Part shown: positions 14,101 through 25,880 of the stretch, piece by piece | Numbering within the stretch: the stretch's first letter is position 1 | Layout of the letters: every line of letters begins with the position of its first letter | Origin: Rhizodiscina lignyota | Taxonomy: Eukaryota | Length of the DNA: 64,000 nt | Reading direction: 5' to 3' | Assembly (NCBI GenBank): GCA_010015805.1 | Contig: ML978130.1 | Coordinates: forward strand, 1,240,001 to 1,304,000 | The notes under the pieces: generated by a model | What the model was told of the DNA's origin: nothing | Seen by the model: only the letters and a program-made list of their open reading frames with translations | Databases searched by the model: none | Program-made: the position numbers and the translations under genes

Positions 14101-17100
14101 GTGCTTGCTAGAGAGCGCAGGTCAATTGTTTGCACTTGGTTACCCAGTGGACTTATCTGCAGTTAACAAAGACGTCCACCCAGTGAATGGCTCACTCGCG
14201 CCCGAAAATGGTTCTGCATATCTCCAGGATATTCCATCCTACTCCTGGAACCACAAAAGTCATTGGAATCAGGCCACACGCTGGAGCAGAAATTATCTTA
14301 ATCGGCAGTCCAATCACCCGCTACTTGGACACCTTCTACCAAGTGCTACGAGCAAAAATGTCACATGGAGGAAATTCCTGCGCCTGAGCGAGCTGCCTTG
14401 GCTCAAAGACCATGTTATTGATGGATCGGTCATTTTCCCTGGTGCGGGATATATCTCCTGCGCCATCGAAGCCGCTGTGCGGCTAAAGAATCATCCCACC
14501 GGCATATCTAAAATCTTGCTTCGAGACATAGATATCAAGGCAGCTCTAAATCTTCTGGAGGATGACGATGTTGGCGTGGAACTCCTTACTGACATTCGAC
14601 CTCTCACCACATCCCCAAGGAATTTTTCGGATGACTGGCTCGAGTTCAATATTAGCTCATTCGATTCTCAAGAACATTTTACTGAGAATTGCCATGGCTA
14701 CATCTGCATTGAGTATGGGGGAGCAAGTGTAGTGAAGCCATTCGAACACTACCCATCCGCACAAGAGCTGGAAGGTGAGGCCTGCACTCGGGTGAGTGCA
14801 GAGAATTTTTACATGCACCTGGCTGCCACAATGGGTATGCAGTATGGGGAGACCTTTCAACTCTTCACCGGCGACATACTTCAGGGATCCGGATTCTGTG
14901 TTGCTTCGTCACATTTCCAACCGGAGACATATCTTGTCCAGGGGCTACCGGAATACACCATCGTACCTCCAGCTTTACTCGATAACGTTCTTCAAGCAGC
15001 ATGTGCCTCTTCTATATTAACACTTGAAGCCAGTGGCAGGGAGGCTATAATACCGGAGTTCGTAAAGTCTCTCGAGATATCCGGGTTGTTCGCAGAGACC
15101 ATGGCAAAGGGAGAGAGCAGCGACTACAGTATCAGGTCTTTCAGCGTTTGGCTTGATTCTCGGACCATACGACATAAGATGCTGCTGTCGGAGTCTGGTA
15201 GCGACGATATCCTGATCGAGGTCAATGATGTACAATCAAATCTTTTCAGGGCTAGCCAGACAAAGACCGGACCAAGGACGCTCTTTTTCAAGGAACGATG
15301 GGAACCATGCTTCGATTTGCTATCGATCAATGGCAAACAATGTAATCAATCTTACGATGCTGAAATGCTCGTGAGGCTTTACACTTTCCAGCATCCCACT
15401 GCCAGGATATTCCTCGTCTGCAGTAACGTTGAGACTGTCCGGCAAATATTTACAGCTCTTATTCCGGAGAGTATCGGAAGACCATTAGTGAAGCGTTTAT
15501 ACGTCAAAATGTCCGATGATGACGCCTCCGGTCTCCAACAGCTGTGCTCCGAGTATGATGAGCTCCTTGAAGCTGGAGAGCCGACTGGGCCATGTGAGCT
15601 AGTTGCAGTAGTTGGAGCACCCATGTCAGAAAGTTACTCAAAGCATCTGACAGACAATGGTGTTCTCATCGCGGATACCACCTCCAGTGACTCTGACGGC
15701 TTTAACATTACCTCATTCGAACATGCTAGCATCCTTCGGAAGATCAGACACGAGCAAGCACCGAAACATGTCACAGTTATTGTGGCCTCCTCTCGATCAC
15801 CGCAGCGAACAGAATATCTCTTGAAGCAGCTTCAACAAAATGGAGATATCGCTAAAGTTACGGTACTGGATCTACTTGCCTCCGCGACGCAGGACATACC
15901 CGACCATGATATCATCGTCCTGTCTGCATTGGGAAGCAGCATCGGGGTCACTACGGCGGAAGAATTTGCCTCTATTCGTCACCTTCTAACATTGGAAGAG
16001 AAAAATGTTGTTTTTGTTCTTGGTGGAGGTCTCCTAGATGCCCAGGAGCCAGGCCAATCGACGGTAGCAGGTCTACTCCGTTCTGCACGAAATGAGAATG
16101 TGTTGTCACGATTCGTGACACTGGACGTAGAAGAAGAAGCGGCGACGGAACTTGTGGGGATGAACATTATACATGCTCTCGATGAGGCTCTCGAGGAGAG
16201 TGAACTTGCTGTTCGCAATGGTTTAGTTTTCATCCGACGCGTCGAAGAGGACAACTGGCTGAATAGGAAACTCCCTGACGGGACAGGCAACGGCCCTTCG
16301 CTGCAGGCACTATCCAATCAGCCACCGGTCGCACTAAATATTGGAACAGTTGGACTGCTAGAGACGCTGCATTTTGCACCGAATGAGGATATCGTCGGCA
16401 AGAGCATTCGACCCAATGAGATTGAGGTCGACGTCAAGGCTTCGGCACTAAACTTTCGAGATGTCGCAATTGCCATGGGGATCATCCAAGACTGGCGATT
16501 AGGGTTGGAATTCGCTGGAGTTGTCACCAAGATCGGTACAGATGTGGACTCATCTACATTCAAGCTTGGTGACCGCGTCGTTGCCATCGGCGAACTCTCC
16601 ATTGCTAATCGCACACGTGTCGAAATTGGGAACTGTCGAAAGATCCCCGATGACATGTCCTTTGCTCAGGCTGCAAGTTTTCTCACCATAACAATGACGG
16701 CTAACTATTCGCTTGTAGAGCTTGTGAGACTCCGGCCCAATGAGACAGTCTTAATTCATTCCGCCTCTGGAGCTGTAGGTCAGATTGCCGTCCAAATCGC
16801 GCAAAGCATTGGTGCCAAAGTCTTCGCTACATGTTCGGCCCCCAAGAGAGCATTCCTCCGTCAAAGATTCGGTCTCAATGACGCACAGATTTTCTCGTCT
16901 CGCGATGACTCTTTCCGACGTGGGGTAATGGAGGCAACCCATGGCCGCGGCGTGGACGTGATACTGAATAGCTTGTCTGGAAAATTGCTAGAGGCCACTT
17001 GGCAATGTATTGCAAATTTCGGACGGTTTGTGGAAATCGGAAAGCGAGACATTCACGAAAATGCGAGCCTGCCGATGGAGGTATTCAAGCGCAACGTCAG

Positions 17101-19930
17101 CTTCTCTTCTGTCGACATGCAACTCATAAAGCGAGAGAATCCACAGCTCTACCGCCGAGAGATTGATGCCGCATGCCGCAGGGTATTTCAGGAGGGGCTT
17201 GATCTCCCGGAATTACTGGAAGTTCCATTCGGAGACGTCGAAAAAGCATTCCGATTCTTGCAATCTGGGAAGCACATTGGAAAGATTGTCCTTGTTCCGA
17301 CACGAGATGATAAAGTACTAGTTGCTCCTGCGAGTTATAATATGGATCCCCTCTTTCGCCCTGACAAGACGTATCTACTGGTCGGCGGTCTTGGTGGACT
17401 GGGATCAATACTCGCGGAATGGATGTTCTTGAGAGGAGCTCGTCATTTTGCTTTTCATACGCTGTCTGGAATTGTAAAGGAGAGTGCGAAATCTGGGATT
17501 GAGTGGCTCGAGTCCAGAGGCTGTGGAATCTCCATCTACCAAGGGGACGTGGCGGCGCCTACCGACGTGAGTAAGGTCGTGGACGCCATTGGGGATTCTT
17601 TGGCCGGAGTTTTCCATTTGGCCACAGTACTGGCAGTCGTTCCACTTCGCGCAATGTCTTATGATCAATGGGACGCAGCCCTACAGCCCAAATGCGACGG
17701 GACTTGGAATCTCCATCATGCCACTATCGGCCGTCATCTCGATTTTTTCATCTGCTTCTCCTCCATCGCGGCTGTCATTGGCCAGGCCGGGCAGGCCAAC
17801 TACTGCGCAGCGAACTGTTACCAAGATGGACTAATGAAATGGCGCCGCAAGCAAGGACTCGTCGGTTGCAGCATCAACATTGGCGCTGTGCTGCGCGTCG
17901 GTCTGGCGGCAGAGTCGGGCGTGACTTTTGACGAGAATATTACTCCAGCAGAGTTGACGTATTTGGTGGAAGAGGCTATTTTGAGCGAAAGACACTTCGC
18001 TTTGGAGAAGCAGCCTTCCTTTTTGTGCAAACCACTCATCACCGGCCTCAACATCAGAACGGCGGAGAAAATTGCCTCTAACTCTGCTCTCCGCAACATT
18101 TTGGCTAATCGAGATGGAAGAACAACTACTGTGGGAACAAGTAAAAGCCTGACACGGCTTCTTGCTAGCACCCCGGAGGAAAGTGATCGAGTTGCACTCC
18201 TGTTGGACGCTTTTGCCGCGAAAACATCAGCCGTATTAGGTGTTAGCGCAAGCTCCATTGATCATAGTAATCCTTTGGTTGCGTACGGCCTGGACTCCAT
18301 TGTTGCCATCGAGCTTCGTAAGTGGTTGAAGGATACGACTGGTGTGGACCTACCGCTATTTGAGATTCTCAGCACGAAGCCTATCAAGGTGCTCCTCCAG
18401 AAAGTCGTATCTGAGATGGTAGTTACTGTTCCCGGATTGGACAAAGACAACTCTATGGTGCATGCCAAAACCCAGTCTGACGGCATCCAACACGCTGCAA
18501 CGACAAGCGATCAACGTATCGGACAGCACATTGAGCATTCAGACGGACTTGTTGCGACTCGCATCTCCACCTTCCAAGCACGGTATTACAACCTTCATGA
18601 GCTGCTGGAAGAAAAGTGGCGTCTTAACATACCAACCGTCATGCGCTTCGCAGCAGACAGTCCAGAAGAGCCTGCTGCGAAATGCTTTGCTTTGCTTACG
18701 CAACATTATCCGATTCTGAGCGCTGCATTCGTCAAAGTTGGACAATTCGTCGAACAAAGGACCGTTCCCCAATCCCGACACAGCTTTGCAGTTGTCGACC
18801 TGTCAGAGTATGAGAATGCCTCGGAAAAGTTGGAGCAACTTAAAGACTCGTACACTCGTACGGAGCTTGACATTGAGCATGGCCAGACCTGGATGGCCCG
18901 GCTCGCGAGGATGCCAGGCGGCGAGTATATCCTGGTGTCTGTATTCCATCATCTCGTAACAGACGGATATGGAGGCAAGCTCTTGATCGCACACTGGTTG
19001 AAACTCTTTGATGCGATTGTCTCGGGAAGACCAACTGCGTCAATCCCGATTCCACGGATCAATTACTTTGATTTCACAGTCTGGCATAATGCATTTCTCG
19101 AGTCTGATGGGATGGCGGAACACCGAGACTTCTGGCGTTCGTACCTCGAGGGTATACCGACAAACAGCACGCTCCTGCCTTTCTCCAAACGCCCTACGAG
19201 ACCTCTGACCTTCAATTCCGACCGAGGAACTTGCTCAACGATGATATCGCCCAACTATGTGAAGCGCATGAAACGCATCTGTCAACAACTCAATGCGACG
19301 CCATTTCACTTTATCGTCGCCGCGCTACGATCATACATCTTCCGCTACACTGCCGAACGTGACATTGTGATTTGCATGATGGAGATGATCCGGCCTCACG
19401 TCGATGTGGAGGACGTCCCAGGCTGTTTCTCCAACGTCATCCCCCTTCGTTTCAACAGTGCCGAGCTTTCAGGCGGACTGTTCGCCGACTTGGTCAAGAC
19501 GACGGCTGAGAACTGCATTACTGCCATCTCACATAAAATGCTGCCATATCAGGAAATTGCCAAACTGGTTGACACAGATACGAAACCCGGATGCATGCCG
19601 CTCGGGCAGGTGGCCATCAACTACGACATGGACGATCCTGAGAGCGGGCTCCGAGCGAAGCATGTGGACATTCGGAGGATCCAGCACTATGGGGCGAAAG
19701 AGGCATGGGACTATACGCTCGGAGTCAGTAAAGGCCAAGACCCCGACTCGATGCAGGTCAGCTTTACGTACTCGCTTGCATTATACAGTGAAAGGGACAT
19801 GGAGCAGTTCCTGCGCGGCTTTGTCCTGTTTCTCGTGTCTGTAATAAGGGATTGCCATCAAATTGTTGGAGAGATCGCCGCAGACATTGAGGTAGAGATT
19901 ATCATGGGGTATGATAGTCTGTGTGGATAG
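11190..19930 (+). CDS. Iterative highly reducing type I PKS with terminal condensation domain (KS-AT-DH-psiMT-ER-KR-ACP-C)
   Basis: Exons 11190-11372, 11432-12184, 12231-12360, 12444-19930 (alternative ATG at 11106). [97 protein letters not shown] domain [24 protein letters not shown]. Confidence 0.95.
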
Positions 19931-20283
19931 TTTTTTTTTTAGAAATCTAATATCCCAGATTTTCGAAGCAGAAACATACGAAATTGCGAGTTGTACAACG
20001 TCACCACCACTCGTTTGAATATATCAGGAGAGCAGTTCCACAAGCTGCGGCATTGCCGCACCGCACCATAGTACTAGCACAAGTAACTCACTAATCAAAA
20101 GCTCTCTGTATGCAAAAGTATAGATCGCAGGCATAAACACATTCGGCGCAGCCAAGAGCAACGTTCGCTGGCCCCTATTTAAACAGATCGGGAGGCAGCC
20201 TCTGAGGACTGATCCAGTATTGTTTTCTACAGGACGCTAATGTCCGCGCTACTCTTGTACAATGCCCATGCTATGCCACCCAT

Positions 20284-22057
20284 CTATTCTCTAAATTCCT
20301 GATCCACTTTCTCAAAATTATCTAAGAATGCCTTAAATGCCTTTACTCCCAGACCCGGATCCTCCGCACCGGTCATCGCACGAATGCTATGCATACTCAG
20401 CTGCGCCATACCAGCATCAATCGCCCGGACTCCCATCGCCGCACTCAACATCGGGCCAACGGTGCCACCGCTCCTTGAATCGTTCCTGATTTGGAAGACT
20501 TGCAGTTTCTGGCCAGCGATATCACAGCAGCGGGTCAAGATTGCCGTCGATACAGCGTCGGTGGTCATGTGACCGTTGCTGTCGGCGGCGACGGTGAGGC
20601 CTGTGTTTAGGCGTGGGGAGTGGTGCTCGAGGTATGAGCCGAGGAAGTTGGGGTTCACGGCGTGCGTGACATCAGACGAAACCATGAAGGAGTTGGCGTA
20701 TGTCTGGAGGATCAGCTGTGGCGTGGAGCTGTCGAAGCTCGTGACAACCCTCTCTATAACAGACGGAAGGTAGTTTCCTCTCGCGCCTTGTCGGAGCAGC
20801 GACCCGATTTCCTCGTCGTCGAATAGGCCCACGAGTTTGATGATGCTGGAGTTGGGGTCGTCGACGCTCTCTAGAAGACCTTGGATGGCGGACCACGAAC
20901 ACAGCTTGTCGTCGATACGGCAGGCAGATATGAATTCCTTGTCGATGCCAAGGAGCGTGGCGGGCTGGACGTCGAAGAGCTCAAGCTCCCAGTTTACGAT
21001 AGTGGAGTAGTCGGAGATATTGAGCTCGCCGGCGATTGCCCTGACGAGCTTCTCGGGTTGGGTAGATGTGAATGTAGAGGGGGCTAAAGAGGGAGATGGC
21101 TGGAAAGCGGGCTCAGCTGAGGAGGTAGATGAGGAGCTTAAGTCGATACCGATGATCGGAACCATCTGCGTTTCCTTGTTGAATGGGCCAGCTGCTGCTG
21201 CACCAAAGTGAGGCGCCAATGTCGGTATACGCGCAACTATGGATTCAGTCAGTCATCAGATGTAATCCGTTCTTAGCCAAGACAAACATACTGGGCCAAT
21301 CCAGCTTCACTAGCTTCGTAGCGATCTTCCCGGAACTCTCTTTCACTAGGACCCTCCCACCAATCCCCAAGTCTCTATCCCACCAAGTACTGTTCAACGA
21401 GCCAGCGTAAGGCGCCACGCCCAACATATCATAACCCGCAACAGTGCTCTTCTTCGGGACGGGCTTCAGTTTCGCCGTCAACGCATCAACATGTCCTGCC
21501 AGTATCGCAACGCCATTACCAGGCTCGTAGTGCGCGCCAACTTCAAACGCAATCAACGCCGAGCCATTGCGCTCGACATAGTATTTCCCACCACGCTTCG
21601 GCTTCCAGACATCTCGTTCTGAGAGCTTAGTGAAGCCAGCGGAAGAGAGGTCTGAAGCGATGCTGGAGACGGCGTGGAAGACGGTCGGGTTATTCGTGAG
21701 GAAGTCGCAGAAGGGTTTAGCGTATGCTTTTGTGTTCGTGGACGCGATTTTGGAAGATGGCTTCGGCGGAGATGCTACGGCAGGTTGCAAGAAAGGATTG
21801 AAGGGCGCATGTTGACTGTATTGGCTGCCTGCTGGGGAGACGAGTCTCTCGAACATCGTCACCTCGCTCTCAGTATGTCTACCAGAGCTTGACCGCGCTT
21901 CTGCTCTGAGCAGGTCTCGCATCGGTGTCTCGTTTTCGCGTCTATTCTCAAGCTCTGAGCGACGATCTTCGAAATCAAAAAGCGATGGCTCGGCCGCAGC
22001 ACGACTGATGTCGAGCGTCGAGAAGGCTTTGCGCACGGTGTGAACGTTCCTGGTCAT
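20284..22057 (-). CDS. APE1: M18 family vacuolar aminopeptidase I (Ape1/Lap4-like)
   Basis: Two exons (intron 21237-21291). Motifs NPTVFHAV, GHVDA, WWDRDLG, IPTLAPHFG, DDEEIGS, DVTHAVNPN, QLSMHSIR; long N-terminal propeptide-like extension. Confidence 0.9.
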
Positions 22058-22865
22058 TTTCGAAAAGTCTAGGGGAAACAGGAACGATATACACAGCTCT
22101 AAAATGAAAAGGAAATATCAATGGCAAGCAACGATGGGTATCTTGACAGGATGGAAAAGAGAGGAGGGAGTGTGAGATAGCTTATCACGAGGTTGCTTCG
22201 GCGACGCTTCACGCGACCGCAGCTCACATCATCTGCCGCCGGGAGCCTCGCTGCTTTACTCAGCCCCAGCTCGCACGTAGTTTTATTAAGTATAATAGAA
22301 TACAGAGAGCTGAACAGGGGGTTATAGGAAGAAAAGGTATTTAAACCTAAACTATAAATATTAGTTAATTTGTATCTGTTGAATGCAGGCGATGTTTTAG
22401 ATATCTGCAGTTGCTCTCAGGCTTTCCCGGCCCGCCATCACATTTCCCTTGTAAATATCCCAGGCTTTAAATCGATCAAAAGCGAAAGTGTTGAAAGAGC
22501 ACACTCAATAAACGGAGTTGGTTGATCGAAGGAAGGAAGCTCTACAGGAAAAGGAGGTGCCTATATACACGCTAGGCGCACTGAACACTATCTGACAGAA
22601 AGTGCATATCAGTCTCCTTTAGCCTCTCGATTGCATAGTTAATATCCTCCGACTTGATCATTTCAACAATAAGCGTCACTTTATGCTCAGCGAAGGGATC
22701 TAGTGCCTCTTATATATCTTCTACACTACCTAGATTATCCGTCATAAACATATATTTGCATTGCAACGCCAAAAGCACAGCCTGCCAGGTGCAAATAGAA
22801 AAAAGGGCTAGCTCAGTGGACTTGCTATGCTCACGTTACAAGCCTCCAGCCAGTTATCGCAGCTA

Positions 22866-24320
22866 TCAAAGCCATTCAGGCTTCGAAGAACCTATGGGAC
22901 TGATGATCGGATCCGCCCAGTATTCTGGTGTTTCAGACATCTCGATTTGAGAGCCCAGACGGGTAAACTCCCCGAACGCCGTCTGCCCTGTTTGGAGGTT
23001 AGGCGGGACGGGTTTGTGGTCGGGCCCCATATTATCCATATCAAGAAGCGCACTGTTTTCGACGAGCCCGAGTGCTTGCTCAAACATGACGGTCTGCGAT
23101 AGGGTAACAGTCACCAGATAACTGCCACCTTCGGCAGCACGTCGCAGCAATGCGGCTTGGACCCCAATCGATCCTAGATAGCCGGTCAAGAAGTCGCAAA
23201 CCACGTTCACGCCGTGCGGTAACTGAGGTTGATCCGAAGACCCGATGTCGCACAATATCCCGCTTAGGCCGGCAGCCGTGAAATCATACCCCATCCAGTC
23301 TGCCCAAGGCCCGGTTGGTGTGTTCAGTTTCACCTTGACGTAAATGATTCCCGGTCGATACTGTGCTAGAGTTTGTGCGGAAAATCCTTGCTTGTCCGCC
23401 AAATGTGGACGTAGATTCTCGACGAACACGTCCGCGTCCTTTACGAGGTTGTAAACTGCCTTGCGATTCCCGTCAACACGTGGGTCCAGATAGGCTTCGC
23501 GCGAACCCGCTTGACACTGCCAAAACATTGTAGGTTCTTCTATCCAGTTCAAGGTGTTGAGGTTCAGGCAATCTGCACCTTGTGCAGCTAGTTGTCGCAG
23601 AACTGCCGGTCCGGCGACCACATGCACCATACCGAGAGCTCGGATGCCCGAGAGCGGCCGAGAGCCGGGGGGAAAAGGCTCGGGTTTGCTGTCGCCGATT
23701 TTCTCGATGTGAATGAGCGGCGCTGAGGCGTGGTGCTGGTACTGTTCGGTGGCTTGGAATTCCTGTCGAGTCCGGCAGATGACTAGTGGCACGCCTGCGT
23801 CTTGTGCTGCGTTCTCCAAGTCGATCGCATCCCACTTTCGCGTCGCTCGCTCAAGCTGCTTTGGCAACGTGCCACTGTCCAGCAACTGCATGACTCTTTC
23901 GGTGTTTGAGCTGTAAAGCGAGGTCAAAATGACGAAACGACCGTCCCTCGTTGGCAGGATGTGGCTGCCCAGCTCGCCAACGTTTCCGCCAAACATTTGC
24001 GACGTGCCGTTGACTAACGTGCAGTTGACGAGAACGTCTTGCCAGGGACTCTGGATGGTATAAGCCTTCCTGAGATCGATGTGGATGTCTTGGCTCTGGC
24101 CTGATCGCTTCTTCCAAATGATAGCAGATGCGATCGCATTTGCACCGCCCACGGCCGCCGAAGCACAACCGACCTTGATGTGCGTCGGACGAATGGGATC
24201 CATCCCCTCGAAAGTTATCTGCCCACCGAAATCACTGCGGGCTAGACCGGCCTCTTGTAGGAGGCCATCCACCACGGCCAGCAGATCTTCGTGGTTGTTT
24301 ACTGGTTGATAAGGGAACAT
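22866..24320 (-). CDS. Family III CoA-transferase (CaiB/BaiF-like)
   Basis: Intronless, about 484 aa. RPLSGIRAL...HVVAGP...LAAQGAD, DADVFVENLRP, and GYDF at the position of the catalytic Asp. Confidence 0.85.
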   Translation of the reverse strand: MFPYQPVNNHEDLLAVVDGLLQEAGLARSDFGGQITFEGMDPIRPTHIKVGCASAAVGGANAIASAIIWKKRSGQSQDIHIDLRKAYTIQSPWQDVLVNCTLVNGTSQMFGGNVGELGSHILPTRDGRFVILTSLYSSNTERVMQLLDSGTLPKQLERATRKWDAIDLENAAQDAGVPLVICRTRQEFQATEQYQHHASAPLIHIEKIGDSKPEPFPPGSRPLSGIRALGMVHVVAGPAVLRQLAAQGADCLNLNTLNWIEEPTMFWQCQAGSREAYLDPRVDGNRKAVYNLVKDADVFVENLRPHLADKQGFSAQTLAQYRPGIIYVKVKLNTPTGPWADWMGYDFTAAGLSGILCDIGSSDQPQLPHGVNVVCDFLTGYLGSIGVQAALLRRAAEGGSYLVTVTLSQTVMFEQALGLVENSALLDMDNMGPDHKPVPPNLQTGQTAFGEFTRLGSQIEMSETPEYWADPIISPIGSSKPEWL

Positions 24321-25880
24321 CACGTCGGCGGTCTCTCGTGTTTGAAGTTATGGAAAACTTATCAGCTTCTTGAAGGGGGAGAATGGGAGCCGATAATGTC
24401 TTTCTTCGCGGACTTTGTCTTTAACTATGACTAATATTTTTGAAGGAGTGGGAGAGGGTAGTAAGAAGGTAGAATTAACGAAACTGGGGAAACGAAGTGG
24501 TGTACTTATACACTGGCTGCTTGGTGCTGGTGTCGCGTCTAGTATCGATGCTGTATGAGCCATTCTCGTGTTCAAGAATGGAACAAGACCAGTAGTATGC
24601 TACCTCAGGTCTCATTTACGTTAAGACGTTTGCTTGGTGACGTGTGGGTGTGCCCTGAGATCCCTGCTACGAGCAAGAGCATGTTAGAAAGTCGCTTGGA
24701 TCAGGATCGAGAAGACGGCACCTACAAGCAGATCATGCAGACATTGCCTGTCGAACAGTCGCACTACATAACCGGCCGATACAGGTATTAGTCTATTAGC
24801 TATAGAAGCGAGTGTGGCGTTGTAGCAAGCCAAGTCAACCAGAAAACGTCGGTAGAAGTTCGAATTGCATACCGGCCGGGGCAAGTAATCAACTGTCAGC
24901 CGTAGCAAGCGATTGTGGCGTTGTAGAAATCCTAGTCAATTGGCCGGTTCAGGGTCTGGGGTTTCTTGGCAAACTTTCGGCCGAGTGCTAGCACGTCTTT
25001 CGCAAACGCTTAATCCTACTTTACTTCTGCATTGTAGTACCGAAGGGACATGCAGAATAGAACCAGATTCCGCCAACCAAAACCGCGTCGCCCGCTACTC
25101 CTTCAAACACAATGTCGAGCAGGAAATGAAAGCTGAGGTTGGAGAATGCCGGTATATACCTAGACATGTGCAAAAGGGACCGGCTACTTTGGTGCGCTGC
25201 GCTGCGCCTGTGAGATGGAAATCTTGAGACAGAAGCAATAAGAGAATCGACAGACTTGTAAAGACCGATTGAAGAGGTTGACGAAATGAGAAAGGGTCAT
25301 AAGCGTTGAATCTTCGCGAAGGATTGAGACAGTACATTGGAGGTTATTTCACCGACATCTTTGAGAATGTCAAAAGTAAAGCTTCTACCCTGGTATGTGA
25401 TGCAAAAGGTACCTTACTTCCGGGAGTGGAAGTCGAAATGGAAGTCAAGTTGAAGTGGAAGTCGAAGTCGAAGCCGAAGTGGAGTGAAAAGTGGCTGGTT
25501 GTGGCGGTGGCCGCTCGCTAGGGCGAGTCGAGCCCGCTCGGGGCGCTGGCCGCGATGATATCAAAGCAATGCATTCAGCCGGTCCATACCCCACAAACGC
25601 TATCCTTCTTCCACCGCCGCTACTTTCCAGAGACGCGGCGATGCCCTGACAAGAGTGGAAACGACTCATGAACACATCTGTTCCCCTCATTGTGGGCAAT
25701 TCAGCCGCGAGATGGAGGAGCTCTCTCCGTCAAGACGGAAAACCAGCACCAGCCTCGACAGAGCGGAGAAGGCGACCTCTAAGAGATGGCACTGCACTAT
25801 ATACAGCCCGACAACATGACGAAAGGCTTGCGGGGTCGTCGAGCTGTCCCACCTCCTTCTGTTGAGCAATTTGGACGACA

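Noticed and set aside
19931..20283. Possible remnant A-T-R module after the PKS C domain
   Set aside because: Only about 350 bp separate the PKS and APE1 stops, and no adenylation motifs are visible.
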